Of a stretch of DNA of 64,000 nucleotides, positions 26,096-38,920 are shown piece by piece. Position 1 is the stretch's first letter; the number at the start of each line of letters is the position of its first letter. The position numbers and the translations under genes are program-made. Origin of the DNA: Eledone cirrhosa (lineage: Eukaryota); the NCBI GenBank assembly GCA_964016885.1, contig OZ024741.1, forward strand, positions 399,218,001-399,282,000, given 5' to 3'. The notes under the pieces were generated by a model. It ran no database searches. It was not told the origin of the DNA and was given only the letters and a program-made list of their open reading frames with translations.

Positions 26096-26280
26096 ATTGT
26101 TATACTTGAGGAGGGTCATATTTGTGTAAAATTGCCAGAATTAATAACAGAACACACTCACTGTTTGGTTGGTTTTCGCTTCTGAAAATTTTACACAAAT
26201 ATGACCCTCCCCAAGTATAACAATATTTGTTTCGACACACGATTTCATATAAAAAACCTCGCAAACTAATTCATCGCCGC
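26096..26280. mobile_element. Fold-back element between (TA)n tracts
   Basis: Arms at 26096-26140 and 26181-26225. The terminus atgaccctccc.aagtataacaata is shared with 54649-54671. Confidence 0.75.
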
Positions 26281-26375
26281 TATATATATATATAATGAGA
26301 TAAAAGAATGAGAGAAAGTTAGTCTTAACCCCAAAAACTCTTTCCGAGCAATATAAGGAACACTTGTGATTATTT

Positions 26376-26416
26376 ATGCCCTTGAGAAGCCCAACTGGGC
26401 GAAACGTACGTAGGTG
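26376..26416 (+). ncRNA. Decayed hammerhead motif
   Basis: tgcc-cttgagaa-GCCC aact GGGC-GAAAC gtac GTA-ggtg: stems II and III are intact but the CUGANGA box is mutated. Confidence 0.5.
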
Positions 26417-26629
26417 ATATTTTAAATAAACATGTTTTAACGGTCTATTCTCCAATTTTTTACTTTCCCACGTGCTTACGCTCTGCTAACTCTCTAGCCC
26501 ACTAAATATTAACACTTCGAATATTTAATACTGCCGGCATTAGTATCGAGCACCTTTGGCATACGCTACTTGGCAAATAACTATATGTATCACCTATCCC
26601 CCCTTTTTTTCTCTTTCTCGATACGTAAA

Positions 26630-26700
<71 letters not shown>

Positions 26701-26782
26701 TATATATCTGTATATGTATATATGTATATGTATATATATGTATGGATATATATGTATATATATGTATGTATATATATATATG

Positions 26783-26849
<67 letters not shown>

Positions 26850-27628
26850 GTATATATATATCTGTATATATATATATATGTATACATATATACATTAACA
26901 TGCGTTTACGGGCATGCGTATGTGTAATCCTAACACAACCGAAATTAAATAAATAAACAGCTACTAGGAAAGCTATCTCTGATTTCCCTGAAGCCCCCTT
27001 CTCTCACAGACCCCTCCTTAATAATAGATAGTAAACCCTAATATTGGGACTAATAAATTGCTAAGACTAACTTTCTCTCATTCTTTTATCTCATTATATA
27101 TTTCCTAAATCCTGCCGAGGTTAACTTTGCCTTTCATCCTTACGGGGTCGATAAAATAATGTACCAGTAATGTACTGGGTAATTGATGGCCTTGTGCCAA
27201 AAGTAGAAACAATTATATATTCCCTACCTCATCTCTATCTCAATTCTCTCCAGACTTGTTACCTTAGTAATTCTTATCCACTTGTATTGTACAGCTTTCT
27301 AAATATATTTTTTACTTTCATATAGAGATCTGTCTTACATGTATGCATTTTTCCATATAGTTTAGTTATAAAGGGAAGTGCTGTGTCCATCACAGTTGAA
27401 GGGTCTCACTTATTCAGATGGTCTTACTTGTCTAAACTGGTAACTCCCAATCACCCCCTCTCTCTCTCTCTTTGACGCTGTCTTCACACAATACAATAAT
27501 CTTTTTAGAGAGAGAAACTAAGTCAAATTTTCATTTTTCATTTTTCAATTTTTCAGCTTGCTATTCTCTTTTCTCTATCTTTTCTAATAAGTATGGGTTC
27601 TACGTAACCCTGTTTGTAATTCTGTTTA

Positions 27629-27705
27629 AGTCACCTGATGAGACTGTCCTGTCTTGCATCATAAATGGATGATGGAGCTGGACCGTTGAAATATGTATAG
27701 TGATT
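27629..27705 (+). ncRNA. Type I hammerhead ribozyme motif with long stem II
   Basis: agtcac CTGATGA gactgtcc...catcat...atgatg...ggaccgtt GAAA t atgt ATA gtgatt. Confidence 0.7.
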
Positions 27706-27987
27706 TCACGGAATTAAAATGTACAGCATATCTTCCAGTTCACCCTTCTGTTTTCGTTTTAAATATTTTACTCCATTTCCTGCACCAACCACTGGAAACC
27801 ACATCTATGATGGGTGACGTACATAACGTTGAGTGGTTTATTAATTCGTTGCATCATGATTTACCTACCAGAACCACCAGTTCTACACTTAGCTGATCAA
27901 AATAACTTAAATGGTATATATATACCCTCCCCGAATATAACAATACACACGCACACACAAACACACACACACATATATATATGTAAA

Positions 27988-28158
27988 GGTAGAACACTGG
28001 AAGGTAATATCCATAGTGGTAGAGCACTCAATCCATGGTACGAGTTAGGTAGAAGTGGTTACACAACAGTTAGTTCACCTCGGTATGGTGAACTAACTGT
28101 TGTGTTACTACTTCTACCAAACTCTACCACTACGAATATTACCTTCCAGTGTTCTACC
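27988..28158. repeat. Fold-back inverted repeat
   Basis: ggtagaacactggaaggtaatat...acaacagttagttcacc, loop tcggtat, then ggtgaactaactgttgt...atattaccttccagtgttctacc. Confidence 0.88.
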
Positions 28159-28973
28159 CCTCTCTCTCTATACACATATAACACCACACACATATTGAAC
28201 TAGGAATATTGGATCCTCCGTCAATGTCCGGGTGAGCAAAAATAGATTTCTATCTGCATTGGAATTTACGAACTTGTGCATCTGCTGTGGTGTCAAAAAC
28301 AAACGCGCATGCCGCACAGATAAACAATGGACTATTCCACGTATAAACTTGACATAACTATTATCATCTTATATTCTCTCAACTAATCACACTTGATCAT
28401 ATTTCTCTATCCCGTTTTCTCCCCCCATAATTATTATATTTTTATTATTATTTGAAAAAATCGGTTTTTTTACATTGTGTTTTCCCCTCCAAATATTCGC
28501 TTATATTTCTTTATATATTCTCTATATATTTTTTTTATCTTTATTATTTCCACTTTTATCCTCCTTTATATTTTACCTTATTCTTACTTTTATACCTTAT
28601 TATAGTGTAATCTTCCCCATGCCTTACTATACACTATTAATTATAGATTATTATTATTACTCTTTTTCCATTTCTAATTACCTCATGTACTTTCTCCTCC
28701 GTTATATATATATATATTGTATGCCCTTTGTGTTTGTGTAGCCTCTGCGCACCCTCTGCACCATACTATCGACGCCACCCCATCTATGGTTCAGCTAACC
28801 ACCCGACTCCCGGGAATGAATATGACCGCAGCTAGTAAACAAGGACCCACACCCCACCCTCCCGCACCAAAATTAGACTTATCGTCCCCTACTTTTGCTC
28901 TTTACTCTCTTTACTCTTTGTTCTTGAATGTTTGGTTGGTAGAGTCCATAACACCAATCAAAGCCCTTTTATA

Positions 28974-29018
28974 GCTCTGATGAATCCTACGGTTACGTAA
29001 GGAAGAAACATTGTAAGC
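28974..29018 (+). ncRNA. Type I hammerhead ribozyme motif
   Basis: gct CTGATGA a tcc tacg gtta cgta a gga a GAAAC att GTA agc, about 45 nt upstream of (TA)n. Confidence 0.7.
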
Positions 29019-29059
29019 CAATACAAATCTTTTGATGTTGTAGACGCTCTTGTGTTCTT

Positions 29060-29132
<73 letters not shown>

Positions 29133-29235
29133 GAAATACATGGAGAATAGAAATGGCTGTGTAGTTGCTATTTAAGGTAACTTAAAATGCAGTGGGAATA
29201 CGATAACTAGAAAGTGACAACACAAAATATAACTA

Positions 29236-29303
29236 CTCCATTACCAAAGGTTTCTGGATCCCAGACAATAATAATATACGTCTGGATCGGTCGTCATACA
29301 GAG
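29236..29303 (-). ncRNA. Decayed hammerhead motif
   Basis: cucugu-aUGACGA-[gauccagac...gucugggauc]-GAAACCuuuGGUA-auggag with the first core C mutated. Related to 30727-30802. Confidence 0.55.
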
Positions 29304-29624
29304 ATGTTATATATATATATATATATATAAAGAATTCGGAGTTTGAAAGCCACGACAATGCTGGTTTGGACGTAAAATAATCAATCGTAAGAAACAGGGG
29401 TTGTTTTGTTAACCATGTACATGCTATAGCAAGTCACATCGGAGACTGGAATAGTTCCTTTATTTTCCCAGGAAGAAGAGATATTAATCTCGAAATATCA
29501 GGACATATGAATAAATTAAGGTAAAAAAACAATCCCGGTACCGTCGTGGCTTTCAAACATCGAATTCTTTATACCATGCTTCAAGTAAACTACAAATTCC
29601 TTCTTACATATATATATATATATA

Positions 29625-30903
29625 TATAATGTATAAAAATCAATACAATATAATTACCTCATTACCAGAGGTTTCCCGAATGAGGCGAATACGAAATAAA
29701 CGACTTCATTCGTTCGCCAGACGAGGCAATATAAAACATGGGCAAATACTTAGAAAAACACATCAAGAAAATCAAAAAAAGATATAGATAAATGAAATAG
29801 AAATTGAAATATATAAAAATCTATCAAGAAATATAGTTAGGTGTGTGTATATGTATGTATATACGCTCCCAGATGTGCATATATGTATATGTGTACATAT
29901 ACATGTATAGTGAGAAAGTGTGCGTAATTCTAAAATAGGGCAAATGTGTCTATATGTCTGTATTATACAAACAGAAATGGTTACATCGTAAATATATGAG
30001 TATGAAGGCGCGCGCATAAAACGCCTGGACACTCGTACGCTTAGGTGCGGAAAGAAAGGAGGTAAGGGAGTGTAATAATTAAAAGAAAAGGGTCAGTCTC
30101 GATATATTTATAAAAATATAATAACGATAAATTAGATAGAAAAAATTAAAGAAAACAAAAAAAGGGGGTATATACATACACAGACACGCGTGTCTCACAA
30201 AAGAAATGTAAAAATAATTATGCTTATATAAACACGCGCACTTACACTTCCATACGTTCGATACGTACATACACACATACCTATACTCACGCATATAAAC
30301 CTGTTTACATGCCCACGTATGAAACTGAGTAAGTAAAAAAAGGAAGGGGGGCGGGAGAAGAAAAAAGGAACAAAACATAAAACCGAGATGTCAAAAGCAC
30401 GGATATAAAGACACGTACACATACGCATAATATATACATACACACACACACAAACACCTGTACACACACACACATATACACATACACACACACACATACA
30501 TACACACACATACACACGCGCACGCGCGCGCACATACGTAGTCACTCATGTACATATATAAAAAGTATACACACATTAAGGCGTTCAGCCATATTGAAAT
30601 GTGGATAAATAAGTACAAATATAAAATTGTAAGATAGGCTGCGCAAAAATAAAATAAAAATGAAAATATCTGGATTGAAAAACACAAAAGACAAGTGTAA
30701 TCAGTTAGTGGAGGAAGTGTAATCAGTTGCCTCGTCTGACGAACGAATGAAGTCGTTTATTTCGTATTCGCCTCATTCGGGAAACCTCTGGTAATGAGGT
30801 AATTATATTGTATTAATTTTTATACATTAAATTTTGCTCTGATACTTACATAGAGCACTCTTCATTTCTATGACCTTTTCTGTTTCCAACGGAAATTTCA
30901 ATA

Positions 30904-30905
<2 letters not shown>
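29625..30905. mobile_element. Penelope-like non-coding element with inverted HHR-bearing terminal repeats
   Basis: 29626-29729 is the reverse complement of 30727-30828 and both contain the HHR. (TA)n lies on both sides. Confidence 0.8.
30727..30802 (+). ncRNA. Canonical type I hammerhead ribozyme
   Basis: ttgcctcgt CTGACGA a cgaatga...tcattcg g GAA ACC tct GGT A atgaggtaa: 9-bp stem I, 7-bp stem II and 3-bp stem III. The inverted copy at 29654-29729 has CUGGCGA. Confidence 0.83.
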
Positions 30906-30960
<55 letters not shown>

Positions 30961-31027
30961 TTTGAGAAGGAATGCCATACACTCATTTTCAGATAAGAAA
31001 TCTTACAAAGCAAATACAAAAACGAAG

Positions 31028-31105
<78 letters not shown>

Positions 31106-31106
<1 letters not shown>

Positions 31107-31310
31107 TAGGAACAAGTAAGACCCCGACGGCTGAGCTCAAGCCGTTTCGACGGCTAATTCTGGCCTGAATTCAGTCCAGAATTAGCCGTCGAAACGGCTT
31201 GAGCTCAGCCGTCAGGGTCTTACTCGTTCCTATTACCCACTCTACTACCCTAAGTATTGAGTACTTTGGTGCGTTATGGTCCACCTGGTTCCTTACCACA
31301 TTTCCTTCGT

Positions 31311-31311
<1 letters not shown>
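31106..31311 (+). mobile_element. Fold-back copy of the 12465-12630 family
   Basis: Palindrome at 31106-31233 centred on ctgaattcag, plus a tail to (TA)n. Confidence 0.85.
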
Positions 31312-31353
<42 letters not shown>

Positions 31354-31611
31354 TGAGATAAGGTAGAAATTTATATACAACTCAAATGTATGTGGAGAAT
31401 TGTAAATGATAGTGTAAATTGCCAAAAAAGTTTCAGAATGTGCTCAACATATTTATAAATTATTGTTCTGAAGAAACAGGAGATGATTTTAGGGGGAAAC
31501 AGTTGGAAAAGGGCGGACATTAACACAGAGCAAGTATAATGAAATATATTGGTGGAAAAATTAGTTTTTAAACAATTTTCAATCCTTAATTTTCCATCTA
31601 TCTATCTATCT

Positions 31612-31955
31612 ATAAGGTTTTTCAAATACCACTTTAGAAGAACAGTCAGGATGGAAAGAGAGGTGCTGTACCCCAGCAAGTTTTATGAAAGGTGGGTGAA
31701 AGTGGCGAGAATGACCCGAATGAATGGGCCTTCTCTCTATATCAGCCTGTAGCTTGAGCAAAAAGAGTACTCCTGGAGATGAGGGTTGCACATTTTTTCA
31801 TGTAATGTCTCCCCCTATTGGGGAAAATCGATTAATTTTTAAATTGCATTTGTGATAGTATTTTACACGTTTTTATTGTATGTAAACTTCCCCCTTTGTA
31901 TTGTCCCCTTCTTTTGTGCCCCTGTGGCTAATAAAGAAACATATCTATCTATCTA
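31612..31955 (+). mobile_element. Tx1-like LINE 3' end, diverged subfamily
   Basis: FFKYHFRRTVRMEREVLYPSKFYERWV...GPSLYISL aligns with the end of ORF 22022-22633. Flanked by (ATCT)n. Confidence 0.85.
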
Positions 31956-32508
31956 TAAGGATGTATTGTCAGAAGTAGAACACGTGCTCTAAGAAACGAG
32001 GGAGCCAAAGCTGTTAGCTGGGCCCGAGTGGCAGAGACGAAAAGTGGCAACAAATCCACAATTCGGTCTTTGCAAGACAAAGATGGACGCATTATATTTG
32101 AATCCAAGCAGATGTGCGCAGCCTTCCAGCAGCATTTTGCACAACCGTTCGAGCAAAGCGGTACATCGAGCGAGGTGATGGACTTCAGCTCCTACCTCGA
32201 CAGCGTACCACGACTCTCGAGCACGGATGCGGAGAGCTGCGAAAGGCCGATCACAGCGGGCGAAATAGAAGACGCCCTAGGCCGCTGAGGGAAACGCAAA
32301 TCACCCGGTTTAGACGGTCTACCCTATGAGTTTTACATAGGCATGCCAGACTTGTTCGCTGGCGTCCTTGAAGTGGTCTACTGCAACTGGCAGCAGAACG
32401 GGAGGATTCCCAGTTCTGTAGGCAGAGGCATAGTAACGCTGATCAGGAAAGATGAGAACAAGGGGGATGAGATAAGAAATTTCAGACCCATAACTCTGCT
32501 CCACACAG
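31956..32508 (+). pseudogene. Tx1/L1-type ORF2 internal fragment (linker and start of RT)
   Basis: ...CERPITAGEIEDAL...RKSPGLDGLPYEFY...GIVTLIRKD...NFRPITLL, interrupted by a stop or frameshift. Confidence 0.85.
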
Positions 32509-32885
32509 AGTGTATCCTCGTTTCTTCAATCTCCACTACAAACCTTCCTCGGGGACTGCCATGTTGTATCACTTATAACAACTACAAAGCACCATAGCAT
32601 AGCTAACGGTTTTCATTTTCATATATCTGCTATTCATAAATTTTAGTGAAATAAGATAAACGCGAATGCGTGCATACACATACCACACAAACACGCACAC
32701 ATACCACCCACACATACCACACACACACACTCGTTACCCTATTTTCTCAAATATTATTTAAAGTGATGGAAAATTATGCTAATTTACATTGAGACGAACG
32801 CATATATATATATATATATACATATATAAATACACACAAACATATATATATATGAATTAAAAGGCGCTGTGTGGTTACTAAAAAT

Positions 32886-33066
32886 TATTGTTTAGAAAAC
32901 GTAAGAGAAACACAAATAACGACAATTCCCGCTCTTTGGCTGTCTGCTGAGGGTCGCTAAATCGGCTCATTAAAGACAGTCTTTAGTGCGCCGATACATC
33001 AGTGACCCTCAGCTGAAGAGCGGGAATTGTCGTTGTTTGTGTTTCTCTGATGTTTTCTAAACAATA
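32886..33066. repeat. Fold-back inverted repeat
   Basis: ttgtttagaaaac...acgacaattcccgctctt pairs with aagagcgggaattgtcgt...gttttctaaacaa, centred on taaagacagtcttta. Confidence 0.82.
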
Positions 33067-33077
33067 TATATATATAT

Positions 33078-33535
33078 TCGTAAAGACCTGAAGATCCGCC
33101 TCTTCATTGCTGTAGTGGTGTCTGTGCTGCTGTACGGGTTTGAGACTTGGACACAGACCAAGAAACTCATTCAGTGGTGGATGCGTGCTACACCAGAATG
33201 CTGAGGATGCTCCTCTAAACATTAGTCAGTACACCCTGATGATGAAGAACTCAGAGCTGTACGGGAGCCTCCCAAATGTCAGCTTGAGAGTAGCACAGAG
33301 GAGACTGGGGTTAGCTGGACGTGCTCACCGACATCCAGAGTTGACACGGCACTCAGTGCCGCTGTGGGAGCCCTTGCATGGACACACTGGAAGTGGAAGA
33401 CCGAGGTTAACATATGTTGATGTCCTAAGGACAGACACTGGTCTCTTGGAGACGCAGGACATGGCAGCGATAATGAGGGACAGAGACCGCTGGAGAGAAC
33501 TCGTCCATGGATCTCGGGAATTTTACCCACCCTAG
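33078..33535 (+). mobile_element. RTE-clade LINE 3' fragment (second family)
   Basis: KIRLFIAVVVSVLLYGFETWT...RRLGLAGRAHRHPE...LWEPLHGHTGSGRPRLTYVDVL...MRDRDRWR, with a homologue at 40195-40515. Confidence 0.85.
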
Positions 33536-33579
33536 ACACACACAAACACACACACACAAACACACACAAACACACACAA

Positions 33580-33664
<85 letters not shown>

Positions 33665-33675
33665 TTATATATGTG

Positions 33676-33730
<55 letters not shown>

Positions 33731-33733
<3 letters not shown>

Positions 33734-34017
33734 GGTATTAGGATTGGTGGTCTGAAATAGCGATGTATACATGAATGTATGTATATTATATTGCCAAATA
33801 TACTATACATACATTCATATATATATATGTCTGTATGTTGTCGTATTTCAACTATTTATTATGCCTTGATATATTACTATTGAGATCCAGCTATAGACCT
33901 TCATTTGTTGAAGATATCAATGAAGGTCAGTATACTTATGTAGTTATTTTATGTAATATAAATATACAGATTGTAGGAACATTATCCGGATACATACATA
34001 CATACATACCTACATAG

Positions 34018-34066
<49 letters not shown>

Positions 34067-34245
34067 GGTCTATAGCTGGAGTTCACATGGATCTCAATAG
34101 TAATATATCAAGGCATAATAAATAGTTGAAATACGACAACATACAGACATATATATATATGAATGTATGTATAGTATATTTGGCAATATAATATACATAC
34201 ATTCATGTATACATCGCTATTTCAGACCACCAATCCTAATACCAT
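33731..34245. repeat. Inverted duplication (~175 bp) around a spacer containing (CA)n(TA)n
   Basis: 33731-33904 is the reverse complement of 34062-34245. Confidence 0.9.
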
Positions 34246-34254
34246 ATATATATG

Positions 34255-34392
<138 letters not shown>

Positions 34393-34991
34393 CACACATA
34401 CATATATATACACACAAATATATATATATATATGTCATATATATATATACAAATGTATATTCACACATACATACACACATACACACACGCATACTCACAC
34501 ACATACACACACACACATGTATGAGGAAAAACATTCAGACGAGAAAAGCCAAGCCCATAAACATAGAAACATTGACACCTGAATGCATGTTGCTTGTGAA
34601 GAAAGTAATATAGAAACCAATAAAACAAAGTCAACAAACGACAGGGACGCTTGATTCTTAAGTCAAAGTAAATTAGAAAAAATAAATATTTATGGCCATT
34701 TTGAAATTAACAATCAATAAGTAAATAAGGAGTCAGTAACAATCCTCGAGGAATCATAGATATTGTGTCAGTTGTAATGTAACCTAGCTACTAATTAAAA
34801 CATGATAGGCTCTCTACATTATATTAAGTTCTGTATACACACACACACACACACACACACATACATGTATATATATATATATGTATGTGTGTGTAGAAAT
34901 TTCGTATTTCTAAAGAAACACGGTTTTAGGAAGCCGTGCAAACACCAGGGCTAACGCCCTCTGGTGGTGTCCAGCAAAAGCAAGGGGGACA

Positions 34992-35035
34992 ACCGTCTAT
35001 GCATTTCAGGCTCGACTGGCCTCCTTCAGGACGGT
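34992..35035 (-). ncRNA. Hammerhead motif with one core substitution, in a repeat family shared with 55625-55985
   Basis: ACCGUC-CUGAAGg-AGGC cagucga GCCU-GAAA ugc AUA-GACGGU. Confidence 0.65.
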
Positions 35036-35055
35036 CCCTCCCACCGCTTGCAAGC

Positions 35056-35227
35056 GAAAATGAATATTAAAACTCTACTTCGGTATTGAGTACTCTTTTC
35101 TCTTGACGGCTAAGAGAAAAAAATACTCAATACCGGAGTAGAGTTTTAATATTCATTTTAAGAAGGCTATACAAGAACACTTGTCTGATGACCCTGTGAA
35201 GAACAGGTGAAACTTCAAAGCAACAAG
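35056..35227 (+). mobile_element. Fold-back (35056-35159) followed by a hammerhead motif (35180-35227)
   Basis: cttgt CTGATGA c cctgt gaaga acagg t GAAAC ttcaaa GCA acaag, where the cleavage triplet is GCA instead of GUA. Confidence 0.65.
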
Positions 35228-35251
35228 ACTCACTGTTTAGCCTTTATAAAA

Positions 35252-35297
<46 letters not shown>

Positions 35298-35819
35298 GGT
35301 TTGAAGGTTCACCACTGGATAGAGCTGGTCATTCCGTATGGTCAATCTTGATGCAATAATATGGAGAGTACTCAACCGTCTTCGTTTGTGTAGTTGGTGG
35401 TGCGAGTACGGAGTTGAATACCTTTTTACTTTATTAATGTGTTTCTATCTTCGTATTCTGCTTTTATTTTTTTGTTTTTTGCTTACTGTTCCTTTTATTT
35501 AGGTTTTTATCGCTTTACTCTCATTAAGTACTTATCATTGTACTCATTAGCACACGACACTAGAATATCTCCCCCTGAGAACCACAATACTTATAACCCG
35601 GACTATCACGGGACCTAGATATAGTCTATTTGCGCTTTTCATCGGGTTTTATAATTGATTACACGCGATGATCCGACTGGTGTGGTGGTTTTCCTGGCTG
35701 CGCGCCCGGTGCTCTGGTGCATAAACCTCCCTTGAGTGCTTGGAAAAATAAATTTCCCCTTCTTTCGGTAAATGAAATTACTCAGAGCGGCTTGCTTCGC
35801 CCCGGGGCCCGCCGCGCCG

Positions 35820-36837
35820 CCGTTTTTGACCGCCATATAGTACCTTTAAATTCTAGGCCTAATCATAACTATTAGCTGTATCATGCCTCCCTCTACTGGC
35901 ACTTAAACAAATCCCCCTCCTGTGTAAATTAATAGTACTCGTTTGGTATAACGATGGCCTAACGACGATGGCTGACTTCCCACTAGCACACCCGAAGCCT
36001 AGAACAGTTACATTCCTCGAGTGATCGGAAAAATTGATTTCCATATCTCTTGCTAGACGATTTCACTCGGAATGGCTGACACGTGGTTAGGATGGGCTGG
36101 CCGAAGTCTGCAGTCGTCGCGTGCTGTTTGACTGCTAAACAACGACTTAATCTTTACTCTATATCCCACCCTGAAAACTTATCGAGGATCTCTAAAATAC
36201 ACTTAAAATTTTTTAATAAAAGACCCTCTCTGTAAATTCTTTAACTAAATCTCGCAACCCAAACCTTACATTTTTTTGAACTGTTTAATTTTTAATTTTC
36301 TAATTTTCTAATTTTAATCTTTAATTAAATTTTTTAAATTTCAACCTATAGATCTAAACAAAAATTTAACGTTCCAATTTTCTGTTCACACATTATACCA
36401 TGCAGACGCCCACTATATATACCTCTGTTATACTATATACGTCTGTTAAGATATAGGTTCTTTAGAATAACATTTTTCGCGGAAATTCCTAGCCTGATTG
36501 TAGCATGACATTAACGCTGACTTTTCTTCTTTCTTTCTGTCTTGTTTTTTTCTCTTTGACCGGGAGGTTAGTAGCACATTATAAGCTTTCGCCCCCTCAC
36601 CAGATAGCCTTAAGTAGACCAAATGGCCAGCTCTTGAGGGCGACCGGCTAAAGTAGAAGATGGTACATGGTCGGTCGTCCTCGGGTCTATGATTTTCAGC
36701 CCCATGGATTTTATCTGTTACATTCTTATTATATTTCGAATACCTGATGATATCACCGGATTCATACGGAACCCGGTCATTGAAATGATCATAGTATAAT
36801 AAACCTTTCAAGGATTTACACAAGTCCAGCCTCCTGT

Positions 36838-36845
<8 letters not shown>
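35820..36845 (+). mobile_element. ~1.1-kb HHR-terminated repeat, copy 2 (may extend 5' to ~35295 through a GC-rich stretch)
   Basis: Homologous to 5350-6450 and ends in (TA)n. Confidence 0.8.
36740..36797 (+). ncRNA. Type I hammerhead ribozyme motif
   Basis: atac CTGATGA tatc accggattc atacg gaacccggt catt GAAA t gatc ATA gtat, with palindromic stem III AUGAUCAU. Confidence 0.68.
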
Positions 36846-36896
<51 letters not shown>

Positions 36897-37021
36897 TAAC
36901 AGATTAAAGTTTAAGCAAAGAATCTTCTGAAATATTTGGTCTAGGGTTCTTACATATTTGATATATATTTATCCTTATCGAGCCCTCTTTGGATTTTAGT
37001 CTTCACATTTATTATTATTAC

Positions 37022-37349
<328 letters not shown>

Positions 37350-38134
37350 TTAAAGCTTGATATAGTAAGGAAAGTGTCTTTACGTTTAGGGCACTAGTCC
37401 TTCATCAGAAGGTAGAATGAGAAATAAAAGATGAATTTGAAAGAGTGAGTGTGAGAAGAGGAAGGAACGGAAACATTTTTTAGAGAATAAGCACATATGT
37501 ATTCAGTCGGCCATTTTGGAGAAAATGTACATACGTATGTTTGTATACATATTCTTATGTATTCCTCTATATATGTATGTATATATACATATATATGAGT
37601 ATGTATTGTGTGTGTGTGTGTGTGTGAGCTTGTGTGTGCGTGTGTGTGTGTCTGTGTGTGCTCGTGTGTGTGTCTGTGTGTGTTTGTGTGTGTGTCTGTG
37701 TGTGTGTGTGTATCTGTGTGTGTATCTGTGTGTGTGCGTGTCTGTGTGTATGTGCGTGTGTGTGTGTCTGTGTGTGTGTCTGTGTGTGTGTCTGTGTGTG
37801 TGTATGTGTGTATGTGTGAATGTGTGTGTCTGTCTGTGTGTATGTGTGCATGTGTGAATATGTATGTATGTGTGCGTGCATTCGAAAACTTTATGACATT
37901 TAATTTTTACCCATTTATTGCTTAGTTCTCATGTAAATCTGTGTTGGATAACTCAAGCCCTCTCACCCAAATACTGCAACATCTTCCGTTATGCATTACA
38001 ACCAATATATCTCACATATATATATTTTGAGAAACCCAATAAAATACCATTCAGAATGGGCCCAACATAATTCTAATTAAAAGTAAAATATATATTCAAA
38101 AACAACAAAAAGAAAACGAAGCAAGCTGCAATAG

Positions 38135-38598
38135 TCATCAGTAGAGTGCCAAACAATATGCTTTGTGGCACATAGTTACGGCCCTTTACGTGAGTCGAAA
38201 TCCCGTCGAGTTAGCTTTGCCTGTCATCCTTACGAAGTTGATAAAATAAAGTACCAGTAAGGCACTGGGGTAATTGTTGGCCTTGTGCCAAAAATAGAAT
38301 AGCTTTGTGTTTCATCCTTAGGGTGTCAATAAAATATAGTACCAGTAACGCACTGGGGTCAATTTAATCACTTATCCTTCCTACCAAAATTGTTGGCCTT
38401 GTGCCTGAATCAGATAGGATTAGCAGTATCGGCAGAGGGTCGGACGCCATGCTTTGACGCATAGAGTTACGACCCTTGCCATTCTGATTTCAAATCTCGC
38501 CGAGGTTAATTTTGCCTTTCATCCTTACGGGGTATAAAATAAAGTACCAGTAATGTACTGATATAATTGCTGGCCTTGGGCCAAAACTAGAAACAATT
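38135..38598 (+). mobile_element. SINE group A cluster
   Basis: Three partial or complete cores in tandem. Confidence 0.8.
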
Positions 38599-38677
38599 AC
38601 TACAGTTCTATTGAAGGACTGGGATGGTTGGATGTTTATAATGAGTTTATCTAGATTAGTATTTCATTGCTAGTATG

Positions 38678-38920
38678 ACAGCTCACATCTATGCAGGTTT
38701 AGCTGGCCTCCTCCAAAGTATATATCGTTGGAGGTGTCTTGGGTGATTTAATGATAGGGATCCCAGTCCTATCATCTCATTTCTACAGCTGAGTAAACTG
38801 GAGCAACGTGAAATAAAGTGTCTTGCTCAAGGAAACAACACATCTCCCGGTCTGAGAATTGAACTCACAACCTTTCGATTGCAAGCCCAATGCTCTAACC
38901 ACTAAGCCATGCGCCTTCAC
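38678..38920 (-). mobile_element. SINE group B, full length, tail i
   Basis: The minus strand begins aaggcgcatggcttagtggttagagcatt...gagttcaattct (A/B-box-like), then ccttgagcaagacac...ttgctccagtttactcagctg. Confidence 0.88.

Noticed and set aside
38850-38920. tRNA gene
   Set aside because: It is the tRNA-derived head of a SINE, continuous with the core and tail, and no complete cloverleaf was seen.
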